Assembly (NCBI RefSeq): GCF_006345805.1 | Contig: NC_043011.1 | Span: forward strand, 10,850,001 to 10,914,000 | Direction: 5' to 3' | Length of the DNA stretch: 64,000 bases | From: Octopus sinensis | Taxonomy: Eukaryota | Part shown: in pieces, positions 24,469-37,642 of the stretch | How the letters are laid out: every line of letters starts with the position of its first letter | Numbering within the stretch: position 1 is the stretch's first letter | Program-made: the position numbers and the translations under genes | The notes under the pieces: generated by a model | The model's input: the letters and a program-made list of their open reading frames with translations, nothing else | The model's database searches: none | Told to the model about the DNA's origin: nothing

Positions 24469-27400
24469 GTACATGACGGCACTGCTCCCCGTCCCTGGGC
24501 CTCTCGGGTCAATACCTTCCACCCCCTCAGGGTGGGCACCCTCAACGCTGGCACACTGAAAGGTAGGTCTGGCGAGATAGTCGAGATGCTTGAACGGAGA
24601 CGTGTTGACGTATGTTGTATGCAAGAAATAAGGTGGAGAGGAGGATCTGCTAGGTTCCTCACAGGCAAGGAACACAGGTACAAGATTTTCTGGGCAGGGA
24701 ACACTGACGGGGTTGGTGGCGTGGGTATACTTATCGCTGAGAAATGGATAGATAGAGTAATTGAGGTAATCAGAGTAAGTGACAGAATACTTAATATTAG
24801 AATAGTGCTTCATAATAGATTAGCAACCATTATATCGGCCTATGCCCCTCAGCCAGGGCTACCCGATGGACAGAAAGACAGTTTCTATGACACCCTACTG
24901 CAGACCACCTCATTGAAGAACGACAGGGACCTTCTCTTTGTGGCTGGTGATTTCAATGGGCATGTTGGACGACATGCTGGGGGCTTCCATGGCGTGCATG
25001 GAGGCTACGGTTATGGTTCCCGCAACGAGGAGGGAACCAGGCTGCTGGAGTTCTGTGATGCGAATAGTCTTATGATCTGCAACACTAACTTCAGGAAACC
25101 AACAAGCCACCTGGTCACCTACCGATCGGGCCGGCATACTAGCCAAATCGACTACATCCTCGCCAGAAAAAGGGAAAGATGGCTGCTTATAAATGCCAAA
25201 ACCTTCCCAGGCGAAGAATGCACCCCACAACATAGACTGGTAGTTAGTGACTTTAGGATCAGGACTAAGAGGGCGACTAGAAGACGACCAACTTGGAGAA
25301 GAAGGGTCTGGAAGCTTAAAGACCCTGCGAATGGACAGAGATTTAGAGATATGTTACTTGAAGCCTTTGACGAAGTGGAAGGGGGTATAGCTACACATGG
25401 GGTAGAAGACAACTGGACGTTTCTGAGGGACAACCTGCTGAAAGCCGCTGACCAGATCTGTGGCTGGTGCAAAGTCCCCTTAAGACCCAAAATAACATGG
25501 TGGTGGAACAATATTGTTGATAGGGCTATTAGACAAAAGAAACAGGCTTGGAAGGCCTGGAAGAACGGTGGTAGCAGGGAAGTGTATCAGACTGCCAGAA
25601 GGGAAGCTAGGAGACAGGTCTATCTAGCCAGAGGGGAAGCAGATAAAAGAAAATTTGCCAATGTCCTGCGCCGTGAGGATGAAAGACTTGAGGTATTTCG
25701 TGTTGCAAGACAGTGAGTGAGAGAGAATCGAGATGTGGTAGGAGAGAAATGTGTTCGCATGGAGGATGGCTCACTTGCGCTAAATGAGGATGCAAAGAGA
25801 GAAGCTTGGAGACGCCACTATGAAAGGTTGCTGAATGAGGAAAATGAATGGGATAAAGAGAGTCTGCCGAATGTTGACCCAACAGAGGGACCAGCTATCC
25901 GAGTTGATAGTTCCGTGGTAGCTAAGGCAATTAGAAGCATGAAGACAGGGAAAGCCCCAGGCCCATCAGGAATTACTGCAGAGATGCTCAAAATATCTGG
26001 TAGTGTCGGCTATAGCATAGTCACCCGTATAGTTAACCAGGTGATACACGAAGGAGTCATACCCAATGACTGGTGTAGCAGCATAATAGTCAACTGCTAC
26101 AAAGGTAAAGGCGATGCCCTAGATACAAATAACTACAGGGGCATCAAGCTGTTGGATCAGGTAATGAAGGTTACGGAGAGGGTTATAGCCCAGTTAATTT
26201 AGAGAGAGTTAGCTTAGATGATATGCAGTTTGGGTTCGTGCCAGGGAAAAGTACTACTGATGCTATATTCCTGGTAAGACAGCTGCAGGAGAAATACCTA
26301 GCCAAAGGTAAGCCCTTGTACCTGGCTTTTGTTGACTTAGAGAAAGCCTTTGACAGGGTCCCCCGATCCCTTATCTGGTGGTCAATGAGGAAACTAGGGA
26401 TAGATGAATGGTTAGTGAGAGCTGTGCGAGCCATGTACAGAGACGCAGCTAGTAAGGTGAGGGTTGGCAACGAGTACAGTGAAGAATTCCGGGTAGAGGT
26501 TGGGGTCCACCAAGGTTCAGTCCTCAGCCCCCTCCTATTTATCATAGTCCTCCAGGCAATAACGGAAGAATTTAAGACAGGATGCCCCTGGGAGCTCCTA
26601 TATGCTGATGACCTTGCTCTAATTGTTGAGTCACTATCAGAACTGGAGGAGAAGTTTCAGGTGTGGAAACAAGGATTAGAATCGAAGGGCCTTAGAATCA
26701 ACCTAGCCAAAACCAAAGTCCTAATAAGTAGGAAGGTGGACCAACCACAAACGACTTCAGGTAGATGGCCCTGCTCGATCTGTAAAAAAGGTGTAGGTAG
26801 AAACTCTATAAGGTGCACCAAGTGTAAGCTATGGACACATAAGAGGTGCAGCAATGTCAAAGGAAGGCTAACTAAGAAAATAGTTTTTGTCTGTGGCAGA
26901 TGCTCAAGAGAAATAAACACTGGAAATGTGCAGAGACCAACTTCTACCACGTTCCAGGGAGACAAACTAGAAGTAGTTGATAGCTTCCGCTACCTAGGAG
27001 ACCAAGTCAGTAGCGGGGGGGGTGTGCTGAAAGTGTAACTGCTAGAGTAAGAATAGTCTGGGCAAAGTTTAGAGAGCTCTTACCCCTGCTGGTGACAAAA
27101 GGCCTCTCGCTAAGAGTAAAAGGCAGACTATATGATGCGTGTGTACGTACAGCCATGCTACATGGTAGTGAAACATGGGCCGTGACAGCTGAGGATATGC
27201 GTAAGCTTGCAAGAAATGAAGCCAGTATGCTCCGATGGATGTGTAATGTCAGTGTTCATAATCGTCAGAGTGTAAGTACTTTGAGAGAAAAGTTGAACCT
27301 AAGAAGTGTCAGTTGTGGTGTGCAAGAGAGACGGCTGCGCTGGTATGGTCATGTGACGAGAATGGCTGAAGATAGTTGTGTGCAAAAGTGCTACACCCTA

Positions 27401-27560
27401 GCAGTTGAGGGAACCTGTGGAAGAGGTAGACCCAGGAAAACCTGTACGAGGTGGTGAAGCACGACCTTCGAACTTTAGGTCTCACCAAGGAAATGACTGA
27501 AGACCGAGTCCTATGGAAGTGTGCTGTGCATGAGAGGACCCGGCAGGACTAGTCAGGCCA
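24469..27560 (+). pseudogene. RTE endonuclease-reverse transcriptase ORF with 4 visible lesions
   Basis: APE motifs (GTLN, QE, SAYAPQ, GDFNGHVG, TSQIDYIL, QHRLVV), RT motifs (QFGF, FVDLEKAFD, VHQGSVLSP, YADD) and a PHD-like C4HC3. TGT>TGA at 25714-25716 and frameshifts near 26200, 27020 and 27445. Confidence 0.95.
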
Positions 27561-29640
27561 TATCCCGTGGCCCCTACCTGGGACGTAGTCGATCCACCTG
27601 TGCATACCTTCCTTCTTGTGACACTTGTGAAGACCTGCTGAGGCAAGTGAAAATCAATCAAAATAGATGAACATCAATGGAATTTGTATCTTTGTGGTAC
27701 CAGTGCCTGTGGCACACAAGAAAACCATCCGAACGTGGCCGTAGCCAGTTCCGCATCGACTGGCCTCCGTGCTGTGGGAACATAGTGGCACATAAAAACA
27801 CCATCCGAAGACCCGGCAAGACTAGTCAGGTCATAACCCGTGGGCCCTACCTGGGACGTAGTCAGTCCACCTGTACATACCTTCCTTCTTGTGACACTTG
27901 TGAAGACCTGTTGAGGCAAGTGAAAATCAAAATCAAAACAAATCAAAATAGATGAACATCAATAGAATTTGTATCTTTGTGGTACCAGTGCCGGTGGCAC
28001 ACAAGAATCCATCCGAACGTGGCCGTAGTCAGTACCGCTTGTGGTACCAGTGCCGGTGGCACACAAGAATCCATCCGAACGTGGCCATAGTCAGTACCGC
28101 ATCACTGGCCATCGTGCTGTGGGCACATAACAAACACCATCCGGTCGTGGCCGTTCGCCAGCCTCATCTAGCACCTGTGTCGGTGGCACATAAAAACACC
28201 ATCCGAAGACCGGCAAGACTAGTCAGGCCATAAACCATGGCCCCTACCTGGGACGTAGTCAGTCCACCTGTGCATACCTTCCTCCTTGTGATACTTGTGA
28301 AGGCCTGTTGAGGCAAGTGAAAATCAAAATCAAAATCAAATCAAAACAAATCAAAATAGATGAACATCAATGGAATTGTATCTTTGTGGTACCAGTGCCG
28401 GTGGCACACAAGAGAAAACCATCCGAAAGTGGCCGTAGCCAGTACCACATCGACTGGCCTCCGTGCTGTGGGCACATCCGAAAGTGGCCGTAGCCAGTAC
28501 CGCATCGACTGGCCTCCGTGCTGTGGGCACATGACAAACACCATCCAATCGTGGCCGTTCGCCAGCCTCATCTAGCACCTGTGTCGGTGGCACATAAAAA
28601 CACCATCCGAAGACCCGGCAAGACTAGTCAGGCCATAACCCATGGCCCCTACCTGGGACGTAGTCAGTCCACCTGTGCATACCTTCCTTCTTGTGACACT
28701 TGTGAAGACCTGTTGAGGCAAGTGAAAATCAAAATCAAAATCAAAACAAATCAAAATAGATGAACATCAATGGAATCTGTATCTTTGTGGTACCAGTGCC
28801 GGTGGCACACACTTTGTGGTACCAGTGCCGGTGGCACACATGAGAACCATCCGAACGTGGCCGTAGCCAGTTCCGCATCGACCGGCCTCCGTGCTGTGGG
28901 CACGTAACAAACACCATCCGATCATGGCCGTTCGCCAGCCTCATCTGGCACCTGTGTCGGTGGCACATAAAAACACCTTCCGAAGACCCGGCAAGACTAG
29001 TCAGTCCACCTGTGCATACCTTCCTTCTTGTGACACTTGTGAAGACCGGTTGAGGCAAGTGAAAATCAAATCAAATCAAATCAAATCAAAATAGACAAAA
29101 TAGATGAACATCAATGGAATTTGTATCTTGTGGTACCAGTGCCTGTGGTACCAGTGCCTGTGGAACACAAGAAATCCATCAGTGCTGTAGTCAGTGCGGT
29201 GGGCACATGACAAACACCATCCGATCGTGGCCGTTCGCCAGCCTCATCTAGCACCTGTGTCGATGGCACATAAAAACACCATCCGAAGACCCGGCAAGAC
29301 TAGTCAGGCCATAACCCATGGCCCCTACCTGGGACGTAGTCAGTCCACCTGTGCATACCTTCCTTCTTGTGACACTTGTGAAGACCTGTTGAGGCAAGTG
29401 AAAATCAAATCAAAACAAATCAAAATAGATGAACATCAATGGAATTTGTATCTTTGTGGTACCAGAACCGGTGGCACGTGGCACACAATAAAACCATCCG
29501 AACGTGGCCGTAGCCAGTACCGCATCGACTGGCCTCCGTGCTGTGGGCACGTAACAAGCACCATCCGATCGTGGCCGTTTGCCAGCCTCATCTGGCACCT
29601 GTGTCGGTGGCACATAAAAACACCATCCGAGCGTGGCCGT
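27537..29640 (+). repeat. Tandem array of the RTE 3' end, 6 units of about 270-400 bp
   Basis: gacccggcaagactagtcagg restarts at 27537, 27810, 28208, 28612, 28985 and 29288; units contain (aaaatc)n and a variable number of gtggcac...accatccga..gtggccg subrepeats. Confidence 0.95.
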
Positions 29641-29889
29641 TTGCCAGCCTCGTCTGGCACCTGTGTTGGTGGCACATAAAATCACCCACTACACTCTCGG
29701 AGTGGTTGGCGTTAGGAAGGGCATCCAGCTGTAGAAACACTGCCAGATCTGACTGGACTGGTGCAGCTTTCGGGCTCCCCAGACCCCAGTTGAACCGTCC
29801 AACCCATGCTAGCATGGAAAGCGGACGTTAAATGATGATGATGATGATGATGATATATATATATATATATATAATACACACACACACAC

Positions 29890-29942
<53 letters not shown>

Positions 29943-29954
29943 ATATGTGTACAT

Positions 29955-31647
29955 TCATATTTATTATATTAAAGACAATGTCTTTATCTGTTTGTGTATT
30001 ACTTATACATTCGAAAACTGCTGCACTGATCATAATGAAATTTGGAACACAAAATCCAAGCCTAGGGAGAAGGGTAATGCTGTGTGTTTCATACAATTTC
30101 ATGGACCAAAATTACTGAATGGATCCTTATGATATTTGAAACTTAGATTCAATGCATAAGGGTGGGTATAGTGCAATGTGTTTGGTTTGAATTTCAGATG
30201 ACTTAAAGGGGGCAGAACTCCCCATGAAAATTCATAAATTTTCGATGTTGATGAAATTTCAACCATGGGTAATTGACACACATCAAGAAGTGTTCTCGAA
30301 GTTTCCACTTCACATGAGGATTCTAAGACACCCTAATGGGGGCCTTAACTCCCAAATTTTAGTCATTTCTTTTATGATCCAAAACTAAGTCAAAAGTACT
30401 GAATGGATCTTTACAAAATTTGAAAATTATATTCTATGCATAAGGGCCATAACCCCCATGACAATTCATATATTTTTGCTGTTGATGAAATTTTAACCAT
30501 AGATATTAGATACAAATGAAGTAATATTTATAAAATTTCATCTTCTAACAAGTTAGAAAGACCCTTTCATGGGGACTTAACACCCACAATTTTGTTATTT
30601 TATCTAAGCAAAGACGAATAGTTGTACTCTTGGAAGCTCTAGGGTTACCCGAGCATAAAAGTTGAGCATTATTTCTAATTCAATGGTACAACAGGGTAAC
30701 AGTTTGCTTTGACATACACTTACATTGTGGTTTCTGCAATGTGCTGCATAAATTGTCAAGTAAATGAGAGGCATCTCTGCCTCCACTGATTCAGTTGCAA
30801 AGTGTTGAGTAAAGTTATTTGGTTGCAGTCCTCCTTTCAGTCTTTTTATTATCACTGGGTCACACATAGTCCCCAGATGGTAACATTGATTTCAAGGCCT
30901 TCCCAGATGAGTGACTAGTTAGTCAAAGACATTTATAGATTGTAAATTTATTCTGTCCAGTTACATATCAGTATAGTGGTCATTTGCAAACTCCAGAGGT
31001 GAAGCTTTAATTTCTCCTTAGCCCTCACGTCGCACAGTTGTTAATGTTGATTTCAGTTGGGTCACACCCTTCCAATTGCTATAGATCCGTTATGCATCTT
31101 ACGGCTGTGCCTGTCATCTGTATGGTGAGGGAACCTACATTGGAAGTGATAACAACTAGGGTAGGGTAGCTGACTGCTTATTGTGATCATTTGTCTTCTG
31201 GTTTCCTGTAGCTTTGCTCTCTTTTACAAACCCAGTGAACATACATATATTTCCTATTTCAAAGAAATTCAAACAATAGAAGTAAGACCCAAGTTAAAAA
31301 GATTCTCAGCAATTCAACTTCTCTGCTTGACATTAAAATGACCACCCCCAATAGAGGCTTTAACTCTCACATTTTAGAGCTCCATGACCTTCATTTTTCA
31401 GGAGCAAAATCCTTGTAACAGGTTCTATAAGACTGGAATTTTGGAATCTGCGCATAAAAATCAGTTGTATGGGATACATGTGGCACGATTACAATTCTTC
31501 TAGGGTGTGTAAAGAGGGAAATAACCCTCATCTGCAATTTTGATGAAATTCGAAACATAGGTATTCCAGTTCATTTCAGAAAATATAACAGAAAAGTCTA
31601 ATTCTTCAATTGTATGTAACTCAGGCAACGCCGGGTAACTCTGCTAG
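29955..31647 (+). mobile_element. Non-autonomous Helitron-like element with internal duplication and an unidentified insert
   Basis: 3' end gcaacgccgggtaactctgCTAG|T; 30100-30380 and 30400-30600 are diverged direct repeats; 30605-31240 is unrelated higher-complexity sequence. Confidence 0.6.
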
Positions 31648-31764
31648 TTGCTTTATATTTTCTTATGCAGTATGGTACCACCAAATATTTAGCAAATATA
31701 ATAAATCCTTCCATATTTTTTTTTTATTAGTGAATGCTTGCATACATCATCATCATTGTTTAAC

Positions 31765-32230
31765 ATCTGCTTTCCATGCTGGAATGGGTTGGACAGTTTG
31801 ACTGGGGACTGGTTGGCCAGATGGCTGCACCAGGCTCCAATCTGATCTGGCAGAGTTTCTACAGTTTGATGCCCTTCCTAACGCCAACTACTCTGAGAGT
31901 GTAGTGGGTGCTTTTTACGTGCCACCAGCATGGGGGCCAGTCAGGTAGTACTGGCAACGGCCATGCTCAAATGTTGTTTTTACATGTCACCTGCACAGGA
32001 GCCAGTCCAGCGGCACTAGCAATGCCCTCGCTTGAATGTTGTTTTTCACGTACCACCGGCACAAGTGCCAGTAAGGCGACGCTGGTAGCGATCACATCGA
32101 ATGGTGCTTTTTACATGCCACTGGCACAGGGGCCAGTCAGTGGCCCTGGCAACGATCATGCTTGGATGGTGTTCTTAGCGCTCCATTAGCACAGATGCCA
32201 GTCATGCGGTGCTGTCATCGAATTTGATTT
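31765..32230 (-). mobile_element. RTE LINE 3' UTR fragment
   Basis: (cat)n tail, gatgcccttcctaacgcc motif and subrepeats, as at 33.8 kb. Confidence 0.85.
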
Positions 32231-32699
32231 CTGAATATTTTTGTCACACCTCTGTAACCTCATCATGAGTTTTTATAAACAATTGTCTTTTGCAAGTGTG
32301 TGTGTGTGTGTGTGTCTGTACATGCTTCTCTGTTCGTGTGTCATGATGACAAAAAGTTAGAAATCTAGCTATATAGATAACACTGAAATTTACTGAAAGC
32401 AAACACACAGAATGAGAGAGGTAAACAGTAAAAGGGTACAGAAAGAACAACACATACTCAGAGAGAGGGAGAGGGTTCCATTTTAACTGTTTCAGTTATA
32501 TTGGTTTCTGTTTATGTGTGTTTTTCTTCATATGGAGAAGGGACATGTTTCTATCAATTGGGTTCATTTTTAATACACTCTAATATCTCAGTCTGTCTGT
32601 CTCTCTTCAATATATATATTTTTGTGTGTGTGTAGCACTTTACTGTACCTTCATTGAATTCTTAATGAAGGAGTGCAAACTGATACCTACAGAAGGCTA

Positions 32700-33650
32700 C
32701 AAGTTATTTACAGAAATAACACCAGTGGCAAGAGCAGTGTGCACAGATTGATGAAGAATAGAAATCAGCACTAAAGACAAACTGTGAATTGGCAGACCAT
32801 AAACTGCAATCACTGAAATGAACCACCATCAAGTAGATAAATAGTGACAGATTGAGTCACAGTCTGTGAGCTTGTTGTGCAATTGGATTATGGTCACAAT
32901 ATTACAGAAGAGGGTTCAAGACTTTGGGTATCAGAAAGTTTGTGCAAAATGGGTACCTTGGCAGTTGACATGCAATTTGAAAGAGAGAAAAGTGGAAGTG
33001 TGCTCTAATCTACTGGAAGCATTTGAAAACCATTTAAGGCACATTTTCTTTTCTAATCTAGTAATAGGGAATGAAATGTGAGTATATCTTTGTGATAAAA
33101 AAAAAATGAAGGCTCAGTTCATGGAGTGGGTTAACACCTCTTCTCCAAAGCCCAATATGCATAGAAAGTCATGGTAATAGTTTTGGAGGTTTTCATTCTC
33201 TTTGATTTCTGGAATATATCAAAATATTGAAATAGCTTCGAGAAGCCATAGGGCGGAAGAGACTGAATAAGAATCTGAAAATGTATCACATTTGCCATGA
33301 CAGTGTGTGGCCACAAAAACTGTAAGTGACAATCAAACAGTTGGAAAATTGGGCTGGTCAGTAGTTCCACCATCTGCTAGACAGCCTGAATCTGGCACCA
33401 TCCAGCTGCCACCTGTTCAGTGCAACGAAGGGCAATTTTTGGGGACGAGATTTCGATGACACAGAAGAGGTGAAAGTAGCTGTGAAGAAGTAGGTACAGC
33501 TGTGCACATCTGAACTACTTTTGAAGAGTTCAGTTCAATGATGGTGCAAATGTATCACTTGAGATGGAAACTGTTGAACAGTACTTGTATATAGAGGAAG
33601 AATTACTCTGCTACTCAAAGTGCAATTTGAATGACCTGTGTCGCTTAATT
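32700..33650 (+). pseudogene. Decayed mariner transposase
   Basis: GYQKVCAKWVPWQL, LVIGNEM (IVTGDETW-like) and LNLAPSSCHLF (SPDLAPSDFHLF-like) with many stops; TIRs not recognised. Confidence 0.8.
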
Positions 33651-33779
33651 AAAAAGTAATGCCCACTTTTGTATTACTTTTGGTTCAATGTTATTCTGTG
33701 TATACATGTGTGTGTGTGTGCATACATCTATACTTACATATGCACAACTTGATATACTTCTATTTATTTCACCTTGCTA

Positions 33780-34445
33780 TCATCATCATCGTTTAACGTC
33801 CGCTTTCCATGCTAGCATGGGTTGGACGATTTGACTGAGGACTGGCGAATCAGATGGCTGCACCAGGCTCTAATCTTGATCTGGCAGAGTTTCTACAGCT
33901 GGATGCCCTTCCTAATGCCAACCACTCCGAGAGTGTGGTGGGTGCTTTTACGTTCCACTGGCACGAGGGCCAGTCAGGCGGTACTGGCAACGGCTACGGA
34001 AAAATGATGTTTTTTTTTATGTGTCACCTGCCAGTAAGGCGATGCTGGTAACGATCACGCTCGAATGGTACTTTTTACGTGCCACTGGCACGAACGCCAG
34101 TTAGCTGCTCTGGCAAAGATCATGCTCGAATGGTGCTCTTAGTGCTCCACTAGCACAGATGACAGTCATCAAATTTGATTTCGATTCCAATTTCACTTGC
34201 CTCAACAGGTCTTCATAAGCAGTGTCCAATGAAGGGAAGGTACACATAAGTGGGCTGGTTACACCCCTGGCTTAGGCCACGAGGTTATGGTCTCACTTGA
34301 CTTGCCGGGTCTTCTCAAGCACAGCATATTTCCAAAAGTCTCAGTCACTGGTCATTGCCTTGGTGAGACCTAATGTTCGAAGGTCATGCTTCACCACCTC
34401 ATCCTGGGTCTACCTCTTCCACAGGTTCCCTCAACTGCTAGGGTG
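33780..34445 (-). mobile_element. RTE LINE, 5'-truncated: coding end plus complete 3' UTR
   Basis: LAVEGTCGRGRPR end joined to the subrepeat UTR and (GAT)n tail, showing that the (cat)n fragments elsewhere are RTE 3' UTRs. Confidence 0.92.
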
Positions 34446-34619
34446 TTAGTAATTTGGTGAAGGGTGAGGGAACAGAAAAAATTTTTTAAATAAATCAGCT
34501 TGATTGAAACATGAAGCAATGTATGAGAAAGGATTGTGAAAACTTTCTTAATTTCAGATGTGGAAGACAGATACCAATTTATCCTACCCATTTCAGAACT
34601 CTCCCTCTTCCTGTTAGAT

Positions 34620-37550
34620 TCAAAACATAGGACTGCCACTAATATCATTAGTACAATGAAAGGTAGGTGAGGAATGATTGTAGAAATGCTGGAGTGAGAG
34701 ACAAAGTGGAGAGAAGCTTTGTTTCAGACTCCTCACAACCAAGCAACAAAGGTACAAATCTTTCTGGGTGGACATTGACAATAGGATGAGTGGAGTTAGT
34801 GTGCTCTTAACAAAGAAATGAATAGATGAATTAACTGAGATGTGATAGAATAAACTTATGCAAGCCATTGACAAAGTAATTATAATAGTTATCACCTCGT
34901 ATACATCGCAAACAGCACTGGTAGATGAACAAAGACTGCTTTTAAGAGCCCTCTTGTAGATTACCAGAAGATGTCAAACTCAGCTGGTGATATCAGTGGA
35001 CAATACCACAATAATTTTTCTGGAGTATATGGTAGCTATGGGTATGGAATGATGAGGGATCAAGGTTTCTGAAGTCCTGTGATATAAATGAGTTTATTCA
35101 TTTGCAATACCAAATTTAGGAAAATGGACACCAACCAATTAGACAAATATAAAGTGCATACATTTTAGGAAATAGTATAGACAGATAATTGTAAATACTA
35201 ACTCCTTTGGGTGAAGAGTGTTTTATCTAACAAAAATTAGTAATTAGTCACTTAAGACTAAGAGCTATACTAACTCAAAAAGACAACGTAGAGTAAGAAG
35301 ACTTTGGCCTGTTGTAGATTCAAAGAAAAAAGAAGGACATGATAACTTTGAGGAAATTTGACAGCTTTTATGGGACAAACCTATCGAGGTTACAGACTAA
35401 ATCTGTGGCTGGTACTGGGTCTTGGCTAGACAGACATGGTGGTGGAGCACCACTAGATAGTCATTAAAGCAAAGATATAGTTGCTGAAAAACTGGAGAGA
35501 TGGGGTAAGTAAAGAGCAATTTCAAGAAGTTAAAAAAGAAGCTCGGCATTTTGTGTATTTTGGGGGATAAAATTGTAACAGTAAGAAATTGGTATATGTT
35601 CAGTAAAGCAACGATCAAATGCAAGAGTGTATGCTTGAGAAAATTGTGATGTCGAGGATAAGCATTCAGAACAAAGTGATGCAGTTACATTTACTGGTAT
35701 GGGGAAAGAAGGAAGCATGAAAGATTGTAATATGTGGAGAATGCAAGGAGGAGAGAGGTCATCCAAGCTCACAGTATTGAAATAAATAGAGCAATTAATA
35801 TGAAGGCAGCTGGACCATCATGTATAGTTACTAAGATGCTAAAAATCTCTAGTTAGGTAGGTCATGTGCCCAACTAATTAGAGAAAGAGTCAGTTTGGAT
35901 GAGATGCAGCTTAGTTTTGTGCCAGGGAAAAGCACCACTGATGCTATATTTCTGGTAAGATAGCTGCAGGAGAAATATCTAGCCAAAGATTAACCTCTGT
36001 ACCTGGCTTTCGTTGACATGGAGAAAGCCTTTGACAGGGTCCCCTGATCCCTTATCTGGTGGTCAATGAGGAAACTAGGGATAGATGAATGGTTAGTGAG
36101 AGCTGTATGAGCCATGTACGGGGATGATGTTAGTAAGGTGAGAGTTGGCAACAAGTACAGTGAAGAATTCTGGGTAGAGGTAGGGGTCCACCAAGGTTCA
36201 GTCCTCAGCCCCTCCTATCTATCATAGTCTTCCAGGCAATAACAGAGGAATTCAAGTCAGGATGCCCCTGGGAGCTCCTCTATGCTGATGACCTTGCTCT
36301 AATTGCTGAGTCACTATCAGAACTAAAGGAAAATTTTCAAGTGTGGATTAGAAGGGCCTTAGAGTCAACATAGCTAAAATCAAAGTCCTAATAAGTAGGA
36401 AGGCAGGCAAACCACAAATCCCTTCAAGTAGATGGCCCTGCTCGATCTGTAGAAAAGGCGTAAGTAGAAACTCTATAAGATGTACCCAGTGTAAGATATG
36501 GACACATAAGAGGTGCAGCAATATCAAAGGAAGGCTAAATGGGAAGTTAGTGTTTGTATGTGGCAGATGCTCAGGAGCAATAAACACTGAAAATGTGCAG
36601 AGAACAACTTCTGCCACATTCCAGGGAGAAAAACTAGTAATAGTTGATAGCTTCCGTTACCTAGGTGGCCAAGTCAATAGCTGGGGAGGGTGCACTGAAA
36701 GTGTAGCTGCTAGAATAAGAATATCCTGGATAAAGTTCTGAGAGTTCTTACATCTGCTGGTGCTACATGGCAGTGAAACATGGGCTGTGACTGCTGAGGA
36801 CATGCGTAAGCTCGCAAAGAATGAAGCCAGTATACTCCGATGGATGTGTAATGTCAGTGTGCATACTCAACAGTGTAAGTACCCTGAGAGAAAAGTTGGA
36901 TCTAAGAAGCATCAGATGTGGTGTGCAAGAGAGATGACTGCGCTGGTATGGTCATGTGGCAAGAATGGATGAGGATAGCTGTGTGAAAAAGTGCCACACC
37001 ATAGCAGTTGAGGGAACCTGTGGAAGAGGTAGACTTGGGATGAGGTGGTGAAGCATGACCTTCGAACATTGGGCCTCCCCAAGGCAATGGCCAGTGACCG
37101 GGACCTTTGGAAATCTGCTGTGCTTGAGAAGACTCAGAAAGCTCAAGTGAGACCATAACCTTGTGACCTATGCTAGGGGTGTAACCAGCCCACTTATGTG
37201 TACCTTTCTTTCATTGGACACTAAACTCTGCTTGCAAAGACCTGTTAAGGCAAGTGAAATCAAAATCAAATTCGATGACTGGCATCCGTGCTAGTGAAGT
37301 GGTAAGAGTACCATACGAGCATGATTGTTGCCAGAGCAACCAGCTGGCCTCCATGCTGATGGCATGTAAAAAGCACCATTCAAGCGTGATCATTACCTGT
37401 GTCACCTTATTGGCACTTGTGCTGGTGTCACATGAAAAAAACATTCGAGCAAGGTCGTTGCCAGAGCTGCTGGACTGGCTCCTGTGCAGGTGGCACATAA
37501 AAAGCACCATTTGAGCGTGGCCACTGTCAGTACCACCTGACTTACCCTTT
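34620..37550 (+). mobile_element. RTE LINE with heavily decayed 5' part and better-preserved 3' part
   Basis: Endonuclease remnants 34620-35860 barely alignable by eye; from about 35870 close to the 26.2-27.5 kb sequence (YADD, PHD-like region) with partial 3' UTR. Confidence 0.88.
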
Positions 37551-37642
37551 TACATGGAAATATAACTCTTGTTACATTGTATGCTTTTCCTTTGTTTTTA
37601 TACATGCTTGCTTGTTTATTATATGTAATGAAAAAAATGCAG

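Larger units (their letters stand above)
24469..29853 (+). mobile_element. RTE-clade LINE, near full length, with amplified 3' UTR and (GAT)n tail
   Basis: Continuous EN-RT coding region, then 3' UTR repeats, ending aacccatgctagcatggaaagcggacgttaaa(tga)n at about 29853. The 5' limit may extend upstream to about 24030. Confidence 0.95.

Noticed and set aside
27537-29640. Repeat-and-spacer appearance suggestive of a CRISPR array (also the 41-bp array at 6394-6720)
   Set aside because: The intervening sequences are themselves repeated rather than unique, the units derive from a LINE 3' end, the context is eukaryotic and there are no cas genes.
24331-29954. Many overlapping and antisense ORFs across the RTE and its 3' array
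   Set aside because: Shadow frames of the LINE ORF and stop-poor repeat units; no independent motifs.
31535-31570. ttgatga aattc gaaac atag gta, hammerhead-like
   Set aside because: Core begins TTGA, stem II cannot form and the loop is not palindromic.
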